A stretch of 64,000 bases of DNA from Myxococcota bacterium. GTDB lineage: Bacteria; Myxococcota_A; Polyangia; Nannocystales; Nannocystaceae. The notes beneath the pieces are model-generated. The model did not search any database. It was not told the origin of the DNA and worked only from the letters and a program-made list of their open reading frames with translations. The stretch spans positions 128,001-192,000 of the forward strand of contig JBCCHT010000004.1 of assembly GCA_039028615.1 (NCBI GenBank). Reading direction: 5' to 3'. Shown here piece after piece: positions 20,526 to 30,038 of the stretch (position 1 is its first letter; the number at the start of each line of letters is the position of its first letter). Position numbers and translations under genes: made by a program.

Positions 20526-21484
20526 GGCCCCTCGACGGGAGCGGGAGACGGCGTCAGCTCGTCGAGGTGGCGCTGGGCCAGGACTCGCTCGGGCTCCGCC
20601 GGTTCGGGCCGCGCGAGGTACATCTCCCACATTCGCAGAGCGGGGCTCGCGTTGCCCTGGGCCTGATGATCGAGCGCCCGGAAGAACAGCCGCTCGTGGA
20701 TCGGCAGCACCGTCTCCATGACGTCGCGAGAGTCGCTCTCTCCCGTCTCGCGACGCAGGACGATGAGCTCGGTGCGCGCGCGCGCCGGGGCTCCCGCCCG
20801 GTCGAGCACATAGGCACGGATGTAGCGAGAGATACGACGGTCGGTGGGAGGTGCGTCGTTGACCCCGCGCTGGGCCCGGCGTAGCGCCGCCTTGGTGTTG
20901 CCCGCGAGCAGCTCGATGATCGCCGCCATGCGTTCGCTTCGCCAACGCTGCACGTCGCCGGCTGCGATCGCTTCGTCGATGGCCTTGCGTGCCTCTTGGA
21001 CTCGACCCAACGCGGTCAGGGCGTAGGCGCGGTAGTAGAGCGCCTCGCGGGGCGGACGAATGCCGCGGCGGGCCGACTCGGCGATCGCGGTCTCGAGCCA
21101 ACGCAGGGCACGACCAATGCGAAGGCGATGCACCTCGACCATCTCGTCGATGGTCAGCGTCTCCACCCGGGTCCCGAACTGCTCCGACGTGTCGACGCGA
21201 GCGAACAGCGTGCCCGTCTCGACGATCTCGGCCAGCGCCGCCAGGGTCAGCAGCTCCACCGCGTGCGGGCACTGCTCTGCGCGACGGGCCCAGACCCCTT
21301 CTTCGTACTCGCCCCGCGGCCGGCCGTCGTTTCGCACCGCGCGGGCCTGAAGCTCCGCCTCGCCGCACGCTCGCCACCCGCGGGCCCCCGCTCTCGCCCA
21401 CGGCGTGGGGGGAGGTGCATCGGCGGGAGACCACGCGTCGCCCGGGCTCGCGAGCAGCGTGGTCAGCAACAGCCAAGTCGGCAC
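20522..21484 (-). CDS. Secreted TPR-repeat protein
   Basis: Signal-like N-terminus (VPTWLLLTTLLAS); TPR motifs ALYYRAYALTALGR..EA and YIRAYVLDRAG. Confidence 0.75.
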   Translation of the reverse strand: MPTWLLLTTLLASPGDAWSPADAPPPTPWARAGARGWRACGEAELQARAVRNDGRPRGEYEEGVWARRAEQCPHAVELLTLAALAEIVETGTLFARVDTSEQFGTRVETLTIDEMVEVHRLRIGRALRWLETAIAESARRGIRPPREALYYRAYALTALGRVQEARKAIDEAIAAGDVQRWRSERMAAIIELLAGNTKAALRRAQRGVNDAPPTDRRISRYIRAYVLDRAGAPARARTELIVLRRETGESDSRDVMETVLPIHERLFFRALDHQAQGNASPALRMWEMYLARPEPAEPERVLAQRHLDELTPSPAPVEGP

Positions 21485-21646
21485 GTGGTTAGTATGCCGG
21501 GCGCCAGCGTCGGGGCCAATCCGTCGGGAATTTGCGTTTGGACTCCGCCGTCTTGCAGCCTGGGCAGCATGGCTCCCGCCTCGGGTTCTGACCGTCTCAC
21601 CGCCATCACTGCTCACCTGGGGCAACTCGGCCGCGGACTGACGATC

Positions 21647-21976
21647 ATGGGGCGCAAGTTCGCAGGGGTGCTCGGATGGACAGGTCGTTCGACGACCGGT
21701 TTCCTCCGCGAGCGAAAAGCGGTGGTCCGGGCGATCGTCTACCGAATGATGTGGTGGTCCGCGCTCGGTCTGCTCGTGCTCGGCGGTGGCGTCGTCCTCG
21801 GCCACGGCGAGCTGCCCCAACGCGAGATCGTCTTGGCTCCCTTCGTCGTGGCGCTGGCGATCTGCGGCGTGCTGCGCCTAGTCGCGGCCGAGCGACACCT
21901 GCGAGTCGCCGCCCTCGGCCTCGGGGTCATGCACGGCGGCGCCGTGGTCATGGTGTGGAGTGCGTTCGCTGGCTGA
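21647..21976 (+). CDS. Small membrane protein (about 3 TM)
   Basis: Three hydrophobic segments at the 3' end of ORF 20996..21976. Start is uncertain. Confidence 0.45.
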   Translation: MGRKFAGVLGWTGRSTTGFLRERKAVVRAIVYRMMWWSALGLLVLGGGVVLGHGELPQREIVLAPFVVALAICGVLRLVAAERHLRVAALGLGVMHGGAVVMVWSAFAG

Positions 21977-22017
21977 GGGCCGGGGCTCGTCCATCGCGAG
22001 CCCCTGACCGCCCGCCG

Positions 22018-23307
22018 CTAGTACTTGTTCTTGGTGTCCCAGCCCGGCGGGAGGTCACAGACCTCGCCCCCGCTGTCGCCACTTTCGCCGCCGTCGGAGG
22101 ATCCTCCCCAGCCGTCGTCGGACGAGCCGCCCCAGCCTCCGTCGGAGTCACCCGAGCCCCCCGTGCCGGGGAACACGGTCGTCACGCCGCCGCTCCAGCC
22201 TCCGGAGTCCGAGCCGCCCCAGCCACCCGTGCCGGGCGAGGTCGTCACGCCGCCGCTCCAACCACCGGAGTCCGAGCCGACCCAGCCTCCGTCGGAGTCC
22301 GAGCCCCACCAGCCAGTATCCGAACCCCACCAGCCGCCGGAGTCCGAGCCCCACCAGCCGGTGTCCGTGCCGACCCAACCGCCGTCGGTCGTGCCGCCGC
22401 CCCAACCTCCCGACGTCGTGCCACCGCCCCAACCTCCCGAGGTCGTGCCACCGCCCCAACCTCCCGAGGTCCCGCCCCAGCCGGTCGTCGCCGCGCCGCC
22501 GCTGCCCCAGCCTCCGCCAGAGCCACCCCAGCCGCCCGAGGTCCCGCCCCAGCCTCCGCCGGATCCACCCCAGGTGCCGCTCCAGCCTCCGTCACTCGAT
22601 CCCCAGCCATCGGGATCGGGCACGCAGGTGCCGGCCTCACAGTACTCGTCGGGATCGCAACCGCTGCCCCCGAGGCACTCGAAGGCCTTGCCCTCGACGA
22701 TGTTGAGCTGGAAGGGCCCCTCTTCGAGACCGTAGCCATCGACCACGATGGTGATCGTCTGGCCCGCTGCGAGCTGGATGTACAGCGCCGACAGCTCGTT
22801 GATCGAGTCGTCGTTGCACGCGATCTCGGGGCCCTTGCCGCACCCGTCGAGGATGTACAGCCCGGTGTCGAACTTCGAGCCCATCGTATCGATGGTGTAG
22901 AGCCCGGGCCCGGGTGCGGTCCATGAGAACGCAGCATCGGCCGCGCACTGCGGGAAGCATCCCGCCGCGTAGTCATTGCTCTCGGCCACGGTGTCGCCCG
23001 TGACGTGCACGGGCAGCGCATCGCCCAGATCCTCCACGCCATCGCAGACGTCGACGCCGGGGCCCGTGCTGTCGCTGCCGCTGCTGTCACCGTCGTCGGT
23101 CCCGGTCGGCTCGGCCGTCTCGTCGCCGGAGTCGGTGCTGGTGTTGCCCGAAGGCGAGCCGCTCGAGTCACTCATGCCGGTCGACGATCCGTCGTCGTTG
23201 CCGGGCACGGGCTCGGCCATACATGCCGACGAGCCGACGAGCAGCAGACCCACCGCAAGCGCGGACGCAGGGCGAGAGAACATCGAAGTGGGGGCGTTCG
23301 AAGTCAT
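22018..23307 (-). CDS. Lipoprotein with PPC-like beta-sandwich domain and Gly/Trp-rich repeat tail
   Basis: Lipobox SSAC; SWTAPGPGLYTIDTMGSKFDTGLYILDGC...IACNDD...IVVDGY; then about 190 aa of GGW repeats. Confidence 0.8.
   Translation of the reverse strand: MTSNAPTSMFSRPASALAVGLLLVGSSACMAEPVPGNDDGSSTGMSDSSGSPSGNTSTDSGDETAEPTGTDDGDSSGSDSTGPGVDVCDGVEDLGDALPVHVTGDTVAESNDYAAGCFPQCAADAAFSWTAPGPGLYTIDTMGSKFDTGLYILDGCGKGPEIACNDDSINELSALYIQLAAGQTITIVVDGYGLEEGPFQLNIVEGKAFECLGGSGCDPDEYCEAGTCVPDPDGWGSSDGGWSGTWGGSGGGWGGTSGGWGGSGGGWGSGGAATTGWGGTSGGWGGGTTSGGWGGGTTSGGWGGGTTDGGWVGTDTGWWGSDSGGWWGSDTGWWGSDSDGGWVGSDSGGWSGGVTTSPGTGGWGGSDSGGWSGGVTTVFPGTGGSGDSDGGWGGSSDDGWGGSSDGGESGDSGGEVCDLPPGWDTKNKY
22090..22610 (-). 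repeat. Intragenic degenerate tandem repeats encoding GGW(G/W/S/V)G units
   Basis: For example ccgccccaacctcccgaggtcgtgcca repeated with a 24-bp period near 22398-22470, and repeated ggagtccgagcc. Confidence 0.85.
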
Positions 23308-23442
23308 GGAAGCGTTCACCCGACGGGGCGCCGCTGGTTTCCTCCCGATCGGCGCCGAGGGACGAGTGCTTCGTCCGGCGCTCGACGCTCCCTCCGCGTT
23401 CAGAGGATCACCGACAAAAGGGCGGATTCCATGACATTCAGA

Positions 23443-23490
23443 ACTAGGTTTGGGGGCAGTATCTAATCTAGTCACTAGGTATAGTAGTCT
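23443..23490. promoter_or_regulatory. AT-rich putative regulator binding site
   Basis: Palindrome CTAGT-C-ACTAG (23468-23478) and direct repeat ACTAGGT at 23443 and 23474, upstream of the 23307 gene. Confidence 0.45.
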
Positions 23491-23701
23491 TCGGCAGCGG
23501 CGCCTCCTCGTCAATGGGGAAGCCACTCGGTGCTCTGAATGGGTCCTCCGCGCGTCTCCGACGGGGGACGAACGGGGAGCCACGCGCTCGGCTGTGAGGC
23601 CGGTCCGATGCGCCCGCGGACCGCGACCAACGAGTGGCACAAAAGCGCTTCCGCAGCCGCAGCCGCGAAAGCGCTCGAAATGGGTGATGAATGGGCCAGC
23701 G

Positions 23702-24526
23702 CTACAGCGGCGTCGTCGATCCCACGCACCACACGTTGCTGTCGAAGCCCGGCTCACCGAAGGTCTGACAGCACGCCCGCGTTCGAATCACCGACTCGCC
23801 GCCGAGCGGCAAGGACCACGGACCCGTGCCGTGCAGGTTGTTGCCCGAGGTCACGGTGGTCCCGGTCGCCGTCCGCTGGCGATAGCCGGTCTCCGACGGA
23901 ATCGCGGCGCCGTTGAACACGTTGCCGCCGATGATCGTGCTGCGACGGCTGCGGATCGAGGCGCGATGGTTGGCCGAGTTGCTGAGCCACGGCGCGCTCC
24001 CGTTGGCCCGCACCTGGTGACGACACTGAGCATAGGCATAACCCTGGAACGGCTGCAGCGGTCGGATGTTGTAGCCGCGCACCCGGGTGCGACGATTGCC
24101 CTGGGTGTTGAACGACTGCTGGTAGGCACGGAAGCTCTCACCGACGTCGAGCTGCGGCGCCTGCTCCGAGACGGCTTCGATCTCCGCCTCGAGCCACCCC
24201 TGCACGTCCTCGACGGTCTCGCCGTCGATCAAGCGCTGGTAGCTCTCGCGCAGGATCTCTTCGGCCGACGCCTCGCCGACCACGTCGCAGAGGTCTCCGA
24301 ACTCGGCACAATCGAAGTCACGTCGATGGTGATCGAGCCACTCGTCCACCGAGCCTTCGACCTCGGAGGCCTCCCACACGGAGACGAGCTCGTCCTCGGT
24401 GAAATCGAGCAAATAGGGGGCTTCGGTCTCGTTGCGGGGCACCTCGGGCTGGGGCTCGGGAGCGTCACAACCGATGGACAGAGTGCATAGACACGTGATG
24501 GAAAGGAGGGCGGTTTTGATTTGCAT
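23702..24526 (-). CDS. Uncharacterised lipoprotein
   Basis: MQIKTALLSITCLCTLSIGC lipobox; acidic helical N-domain and a basic beta-rich C-domain with Cys. Confidence 0.7.
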   Translation of the reverse strand: MQIKTALLSITCLCTLSIGCDAPEPQPEVPRNETEAPYLLDFTEDELVSVWEASEVEGSVDEWLDHHRRDFDCAEFGDLCDVVGEASAEEILRESYQRLIDGETVEDVQGWLEAEIEAVSEQAPQLDVGESFRAYQQSFNTQGNRRTRVRGYNIRPLQPFQGYAYAQCRHQVRANGSAPWLSNSANHRASIRSRRSTIIGGNVFNGAAIPSETGYRQRTATGTTVTSGNNLHGTGPWSLPLGGESVIRTRACCQTFGEPGFDSNVWCVGSTTPL

Positions 24527-24786
24527 TGGGGACCTTCTCGAATGCGCTTGCATGCGCTCGATTGGCGTAGCCCTTCGTTGCGCTCACTCGCCAGGTCAAT
24601 GCCCGCCTGATGTCCGCTCAGGTTGCGCTCAAAGATCGTGGCTATGGTGCAACCACGTCGATCGCCGCGCGCTCGCGAGCACCGACGGCCCGGGCGCCGC
24701 GGGCCCCAGGGCACATCGATGCCGCGTACACCCGCCATCCGGCTCGCCCGTCGCCGCGCGTCCTCGCGCCTGGTACCTTTTGACGG

Positions 24787-26391
24787 ATGCTTCGCCGTCC
24801 CCCCCTGCCCATCGTCGCCTTGGGCCTGCTTCTCGCCCTCGGTTGCGGTGGCGACGACGCGGCCGGCGACGAGCAGGGCGAAGGGGAGGCCGGAGCCAGC
24901 ACGGGCGAAGACGAAGGGCCGCCGCATCCGAGCTTTGCCGAGCCGGCTAGCCGGCGACTGGCCCTCACCGGAACCCGTCACCTCGACATCGAGCTGGCCG
25001 TGCTCGGCGTCGTCGAAGGCGTGACGGAGCTGCTGCTCGACGAGCAGACGCTGGGGCCGCTGCCCGAAGGCTCGGTGTCGGGTCAGCTCGAGCCCAACAT
25101 GCTCACCCTGTACGTGCGCGGGTCCTTGGTGCCCGGGCAGCACGATATGATCCTGCGGACCGCCGACGGCACGGGCAGCGACGAGTCCGAGCCGGTGTTG
25201 GTGGAGATCGCCGCCGACACCAGCATCGAGCCCGCCGCGAGCCTCGACGACACGGTCGTCGCCCGGGGACAACACCTGTCGAGCATCGGCCACGACGACC
25301 ACGCCGTGCTCCTCGTGCTCGAGCAGACGGACACCGATCCTCTGCTGCACGTGCTGCCGCGAAGCGAGGACGGCTGGACCGCCGACGGCGGCCCCACGAT
25401 CTCCCTGCCCGGCCTGCAGATGGGCGCGGACGAGACCAGCCTCCCCGTGGCCACCCAGCGTCGGCGCGTCGACGAGGGCGACACGGGCCGGCTGCGCGTG
25501 GCCTGGCGCGTCGATCGACCGGGCACGCGCATCGAAGTCGTCGAGTTCGAGTGGGACCAGCCCCAGACCAAGATGTTCCCCGACCTCGTGCTCGACATGG
25601 CCACGGCTCGAGCCGACCGTACGGCAGAGTGGTCGGAGTTGCGGCGCCCGTGGCTGCTCGGCGACTACCTGCTGACCGAGCTGTGGGCTCCGGTCGACGT
25701 CGAGTCCTCGCGACCGGGCGACTACATCATCGCGTTCGCTCGCATCGGCGGTGACGCGCAGACCCTCGATCCCGCGCAGCACCTCGCGCTGGGGCCCGAC
25801 CTCATGGATCTGGACGGCATCGCGCCCGCCGTCGATGCCATCGCCGCCAACGCAGGGCGACCGGCCCCGGTGAGCCTGCGTGCCGACGGGCATCGCCCAG
25901 TCATCTTGGAGCTGGACCCCTCGACCAACCTGCTCGGCATTCGCAGCACCGCCGTGCCGGGCCGCGGCGGCAACGAGGTCAAGGTCGAGGGCCCGCTGGC
26001 GTCCGTGCTCGGGGCCTTCGGCTCCCGCACCGTGGCCGGCTTCGCCGCAGAGCCGGAGGTCGGCATGCACGTGTCGTTCATCGACGACCTCGGGGGCCGC
26101 GTCACGACCCGCCAGACGCCCGCCGATGCCGAGCCCAACGTCGAAGACGCGACCGGCCCGATCGCGAGCGCATCCATCGATGGACTCACCGTGTTTCTCG
26201 TGCCGCTCGGCGCCTCGCATCCGGTCCAAGCGCTGTTCCCGGTAGGCGACGACCTGGAGATCATCGAGCTGCCGGGCGTGCAGTGCGACGCGGTGGCCCT
26301 CGCCGGTATCGCAGGCGTGGGCTCGGTGCCGCTGGCCTGCCTCCGCGACGGCGAAGTACGGCTCGGCGAGCTGACCTCCACGACCCGCTGA
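24787..26391 (+). CDS. Uncharacterised lipoprotein (beta-rich)
   Basis: LLLALGC lipobox; 534 aa; extended -10 TGG-TACCTT 7 nt upstream. Confidence 0.75.
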   Translation: MLRRPPLPIVALGLLLALGCGGDDAAGDEQGEGEAGASTGEDEGPPHPSFAEPASRRLALTGTRHLDIELAVLGVVEGVTELLLDEQTLGPLPEGSVSGQLEPNMLTLYVRGSLVPGQHDMILRTADGTGSDESEPVLVEIAADTSIEPAASLDDTVVARGQHLSSIGHDDHAVLLVLEQTDTDPLLHVLPRSEDGWTADGGPTISLPGLQMGADETSLPVATQRRRVDEGDTGRLRVAWRVDRPGTRIEVVEFEWDQPQTKMFPDLVLDMATARADRTAEWSELRRPWLLGDYLLTELWAPVDVESSRPGDYIIAFARIGGDAQTLDPAQHLALGPDLMDLDGIAPAVDAIAANAGRPAPVSLRADGHRPVILELDPSTNLLGIRSTAVPGRGGNEVKVEGPLASVLGAFGSRTVAGFAAEPEVGMHVSFIDDLGGRVTTRQTPADAEPNVEDATGPIASASIDGLTVFLVPLGASHPVQALFPVGDDLEIIELPGVQCDAVALAGIAGVGSVPLACLRDGEVRLGELTSTTR

Positions 26392-26539
26392 ACCCCGCTA
26401 CGAAGGCGTGCGTTGGCTCGCGCAGCCAATTCGCCGTCGGAGCGAGCCCCGCCGGAAGCCCCCCGTAAAGACGCCGTCTTCGGCGAGATGTGGGCCAGGT
26501 CCGGGCACGCCCGAGACCATTCCGTATACTCCCGGCGTC

Positions 26540-27574
26540 GTGGCGAGCACTCGTACCAAGACCATCCTCAAGGTCATCGGCGTCCTCGTATTGATCGTGG
26601 TCGCCATCCTCGGTGCCTGGGCCTGGGTGACCCTCCGCGTCGAGGAGATTCCCAAGGAGCTGCCCCGAATGGAGCGCAGCGCCGACGACCTCGACATCCC
26701 GGCTGTCGGCAGCGGCGACGACCTCCGCCTGGCCGAGCTCCACGGTCACAAGAACGTCATCATCTTCGAGGGCTTCCAGTCCATGCGCACCGAGCAGGGC
26801 AAGGAGATCAACAGCGCCCTCAATCGGTGGACCATCCCCGAGAACGTCAAAGTCCACATCGTGTTCGATGGCGAAGGGATGGAGATGTTCAAGGACAAGG
26901 TCTCGCGCTTCACCGACTTCTTCGCGTCCGAGGTGCGGCACCCCGTCTACATCGACTTCAAGGGCGAGGTCCTCGACGTCTTCAAGCTGGTCAAGGGTCA
27001 CCACGGCATCGCGGTGGTCGACCCCGAGGGCAAGACCATCCTCCGCAACAGCGGCGGCTTCGACAAAGGCCAGGTCGAGGAGCTGCGCGAGATGCTGGGC
27101 GCCAGCGAGCCCCCTCCGCCCCAGCCCGCCCCGCCCTTCTCGCTCGCCGGCCTCGACAACGAGTCCTGCAAGCAGAAGCCCTGCATCTTCATCTTCATGG
27201 GCAAGAAGGTCACCCGCGCCGAGATCCCCTGGATCGAAGGCGGCTTCGAGGGTAACCGCACCGACTCGATGGAGCGGATGACCCGCCCCGAGATCCGCAT
27301 GGCCGCGTCGGCGATGCGCCTGCCCATCAAGAAGTCGCACGGTCTCGTGGTCGGCGAGCTCGAGGGCCTCGACCTCAAGGGCTGGCAGATCGTCCCCGAC
27401 GACGCCGAGGCCCGCAAAGCCTTCGAGCTCGCGCCCGACGACAGCGCGCTGGTCGTGATCGACACCCAGGGCCGGATGGTCTTCAAGGACAAGGGCTTCA
27501 TCCCCATGTACCGCTGGTCGCTCGCCATCGACGAGACCGACGAGAAGATCCTCCGCGAAGGCGAAGACGACTAG
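26540..27574 (+). CDS. Membrane-anchored protein with two thioredoxin-like folds (no canonical CxxC)
   Basis: N-terminal TM; two segments resembling Trx/AhpC C-termini (YIDFKGEVLDVF..IAVVDPEGKT; DDAEARKAF..LVVIDTQGRMVF); strong codon bias. Confidence 0.65.
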   Translation: MASTRTKTILKVIGVLVLIVVAILGAWAWVTLRVEEIPKELPRMERSADDLDIPAVGSGDDLRLAELHGHKNVIIFEGFQSMRTEQGKEINSALNRWTIPENVKVHIVFDGEGMEMFKDKVSRFTDFFASEVRHPVYIDFKGEVLDVFKLVKGHHGIAVVDPEGKTILRNSGGFDKGQVEELREMLGASEPPPPQPAPPFSLAGLDNESCKQKPCIFIFMGKKVTRAEIPWIEGGFEGNRTDSMERMTRPEIRMAASAMRLPIKKSHGLVVGELEGLDLKGWQIVPDDAEARKAFELAPDDSALVVIDTQGRMVFKDKGFIPMYRWSLAIDETDEKILREGEDD

Positions 27575-27578
27575 AGTC

Positions 27579-28922
27579 GTGCCCGCCGCCCGTAAACCCG
27601 CCCCGGGCCAGGTTCGGGGGCTCGCCGCCCGCGTGCTCCAAGAGATCGAGCAGCGCGGTGCGTTCAGCAATCGTGTGCTCTCCGACCACCTCGAGCGCAA
27701 CCCGAGCTGGGCCTCCCGCGATCGCGGCCTGCTGACGACCCTGGTCTACGGCGTGCTGCGACACCGCAGTCGGCTCGACGCGCACATCGACGAGCACGCC
27801 ACCCGCAAGGGCAAGCTACGCGGCGAGGTGCGGCAGCTGCTGCGCGTCGGCGCCCTCGAGCTCCGCGAGCTCGACCATCCGCCCCACGCGGTGCTCACCG
27901 AGGTGGGGCATGCCGCCGCCCGCCTCAAGGGCGGAGACGGCTTGCGACGGGCCATGCACGGCATCCTGGCCAAGGTCGGCGAGCACGGGGCGGCCCTCGA
28001 CGAACGCTTCGCCCAGGGCTCGACCCTCGAGGTCCTGGATCGTCGCTGGTCCATCCCGCGCTGGATCGGCGGGCGCTGGCGCAAGCAGCTGGGCGACGAA
28101 CGAGCGCTCGAGCGCGCCCGCCTGCTCGCCACCCCGCCGTCCATCGACCTGCGGCTCGACCTGCACCGCAGCGATCGCGACACCATCGTCGAGCGCCTGC
28201 GCGCCGATCATCCCCGCGCCCGCATCGAGCTGCCCGCCGAGGAACCCCAGGCCCTGCGCCTGCAGGGCGCGGGCGATCTGTTCCACGGCCCGCTGCACGA
28301 CGAGGGGCTCATCTCGGTGCAGGGCCTCGCCGCCCAGCAACCCGCGCGGTGGCTCGACCCGACCCCGGGCGAGCGCATCCTCGACGCGTGCGCGGGGCTG
28401 GGGGTCAAGACGCTGCAGGTGGCCGAGCTGATGGAGCGCCGCGGCACTGTGCTCGCAGCCGACATCGACGAGCGCCACGTCGTCGACCACGAGGACCTCG
28501 CCGCCCGCGGCCGCCTGCCTCCCGAGCTCGCGCACCAGTATCGCGTGCTCGATCTCGCCGCGCCCGAGCCCGACCCCGTGCTCGACGAAGCGCCCTTCGA
28601 TGGCGTGCTGCTCGACGTCCCCTGCACGGGCTTGGGCAACCTCGCGCGGCACCCCGAGATCCGCTGGCTGCGACGCTACGAAGACATCGCGGCCCGAGCC
28701 GAGCTGCAACGAACCCTGCTCGCGCGCCAGCTTTCACGGGTTCGCCCCGGAGGTCGGCTCGTTTACGCGGTGTGCAGCCCCGCCCCCGAAGAGGGCCCGC
28801 AGGTGGTCGAAAGCGTGCTGCGCGAGAACGCCGAAGGCTGGCAAGTGACCCAGCAGCACTGCTTTTCGCCCGAGCAGGACGGCACCGAGGGGTTTTACGT
28901 CGCGCGTCTCGATCGCGCGTAG
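27579..28922 (+). CDS. rsmB: 16S rRNA m5C967 methyltransferase (NusB-like N-domain + RsmB/NOP2 domain)
   Basis: DRGLLTTLVYGVLR; ILDACAGLGVKT; LLDVPCTGLG..RHPEIRW; LVYAVCS; EGFYVARL. Confidence 0.9.
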   Translation: MPAARKPAPGQVRGLAARVLQEIEQRGAFSNRVLSDHLERNPSWASRDRGLLTTLVYGVLRHRSRLDAHIDEHATRKGKLRGEVRQLLRVGALELRELDHPPHAVLTEVGHAAARLKGGDGLRRAMHGILAKVGEHGAALDERFAQGSTLEVLDRRWSIPRWIGGRWRKQLGDERALERARLLATPPSIDLRLDLHRSDRDTIVERLRADHPRARIELPAEEPQALRLQGAGDLFHGPLHDEGLISVQGLAAQQPARWLDPTPGERILDACAGLGVKTLQVAELMERRGTVLAADIDERHVVDHEDLAARGRLPPELAHQYRVLDLAAPEPDPVLDEAPFDGVLLDVPCTGLGNLARHPEIRWLRRYEDIAARAELQRTLLARQLSRVRPGGRLVYAVCSPAPEEGPQVVESVLRENAEGWQVTQQHCFSPEQDGTEGFYVARLDRA

Positions 28923-29041
28923 CTGAAGCAAAGCGAAGCTCTCCGACCGAGCCCCCTTGGCCGCGGCGCGGTGCGGCGCGATACTCGTCGCTCGTATCGC
29001 GTGAACCGCCCCGCCCAGGTCCGACTCGAGGAGCGCCCATC

Positions 29042-30028
29042 ATGTGGGTGAGCGTCGCCATGCTCGTCGCCGGCCTGGCGATCTTGGCGGTGGCTGCCGA
29101 TCGATTCGTGCTCGCGGCGGCACGGCTGTCGCGTCACTGGGGGCTGTCGCCCGTGCTGGTCGGCGCCTTGGTGGTGGGCATGGGCACCTCGGCGCCCGAG
29201 CTTCTGGTCTCCGCCCTCGCCTCCATCGATGGCGAGCTCGACCTGGCGGTGGGCAACGCGGTCGGCTCCAATGTCGCCAACGTCACCCTCGTGCTCGGCG
29301 TCACGGCCTTGTGTGCCCCGCTGAGCGGCGCGGCCCGGGTCCTACGCCGTGAGGGCATCGCCATGCTCATCGCGGTGACCGCCCTGGCGGTGATGCTCTA
29401 CGACCTCGAGCTCAGCCGCATCGAAGGCTTCGTACTGCTGGCCGGCATGGTGGTGGCCTCGGTGTTCATCGTCCGCTGGGCTCGACTCGACGCCACCCTG
29501 CCCGTGTCGTCGCTCGAGCGGACCGAGGAGCAGCCGAAGGGCGAAGGCGAGGACGGCGAGCCCGCGATCGCGCCGGGCAAGGAAATCGCCTTTGGGCTGG
29601 TTTCTCTGGTCTCCACCCTGGCCGGCGCCGAGCTGCTGGTCAAAGGCGGCACCGCCCTGGCGTCGGCGCTCGGGATGGGCTCGGCCTTCATCGGCATGAC
29701 CCTGGTCGCGGTGGGCACCAGCCTGCCCGAGCTGGCGACCTCGGTCGCGGGCGTTCGACGCAACGAGGACGATCTCGTCGTGGGCAACGTCTTGGGCTCG
29801 AACCTCTTCAATGCCCTGGCCGTGGCCGGGGTTGCCGCGACCCTGTCGCCCGGCGTGGTGGAAACCCGTTTCCGCGTGGCTTCCATCACCATGGTCATTT
29901 GCTCGGCCCTGGCCGGGTGGTTCGCCTTCACCGGCCGAAAGATCGTGCGATGGGAGGGCATGCTGCTGTTGGTGGGGTTCCTGGCCTTTGTGCTGATGAG
30001 CTACACGGGAGGCCTCCAGGTGCGGTAG
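29042..30028 (+). CDS. Calcium/sodium antiporter (YrbG/CaCA family)
   Basis: Two alpha repeats: GTSAPEL...GNAVGSNVAN and GTSLPEL...GNVLGSNLFN. Confidence 0.93.
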   Translation: MWVSVAMLVAGLAILAVAADRFVLAAARLSRHWGLSPVLVGALVVGMGTSAPELLVSALASIDGELDLAVGNAVGSNVANVTLVLGVTALCAPLSGAARVLRREGIAMLIAVTALAVMLYDLELSRIEGFVLLAGMVVASVFIVRWARLDATLPVSSLERTEEQPKGEGEDGEPAIAPGKEIAFGLVSLVSTLAGAELLVKGGTALASALGMGSAFIGMTLVAVGTSLPELATSVAGVRRNEDDLVVGNVLGSNLFNALAVAGVAATLSPGVVETRFRVASITMVICSALAGWFAFTGRKIVRWEGMLLLVGFLAFVLMSYTGGLQVR

Positions 30029-30038
30029 ATCGCCGCCC

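Noticed and set aside
19047..21476. 809-aa ORF as one gene (likewise the long N-terminal extensions of 28349, 31804, 42764, 62038 and 62781)
   Set aside because: The upstream parts overlap real genes in other frames. True starts lie downstream, supported by ATGA coupling, an RBS or -10 motifs.
22090..22610. GW repeats as Argonaute-binding hooks
   Set aside because: The protein has a lipoprotein signal (extracytoplasmic), and no Argonaute gene is in the window.
23635..23649. Sigma-54-like TGGCAC...GC element
   Set aside because: Lacks the TT of the -12 box and points into the 3' end of an opposite-strand gene.
26430..26500. Possible SRP RNA (GCCGGAAG)
   Set aside because: Lacks the conserved helix-8 context (CAGG...GGAAGGAAGCAG).
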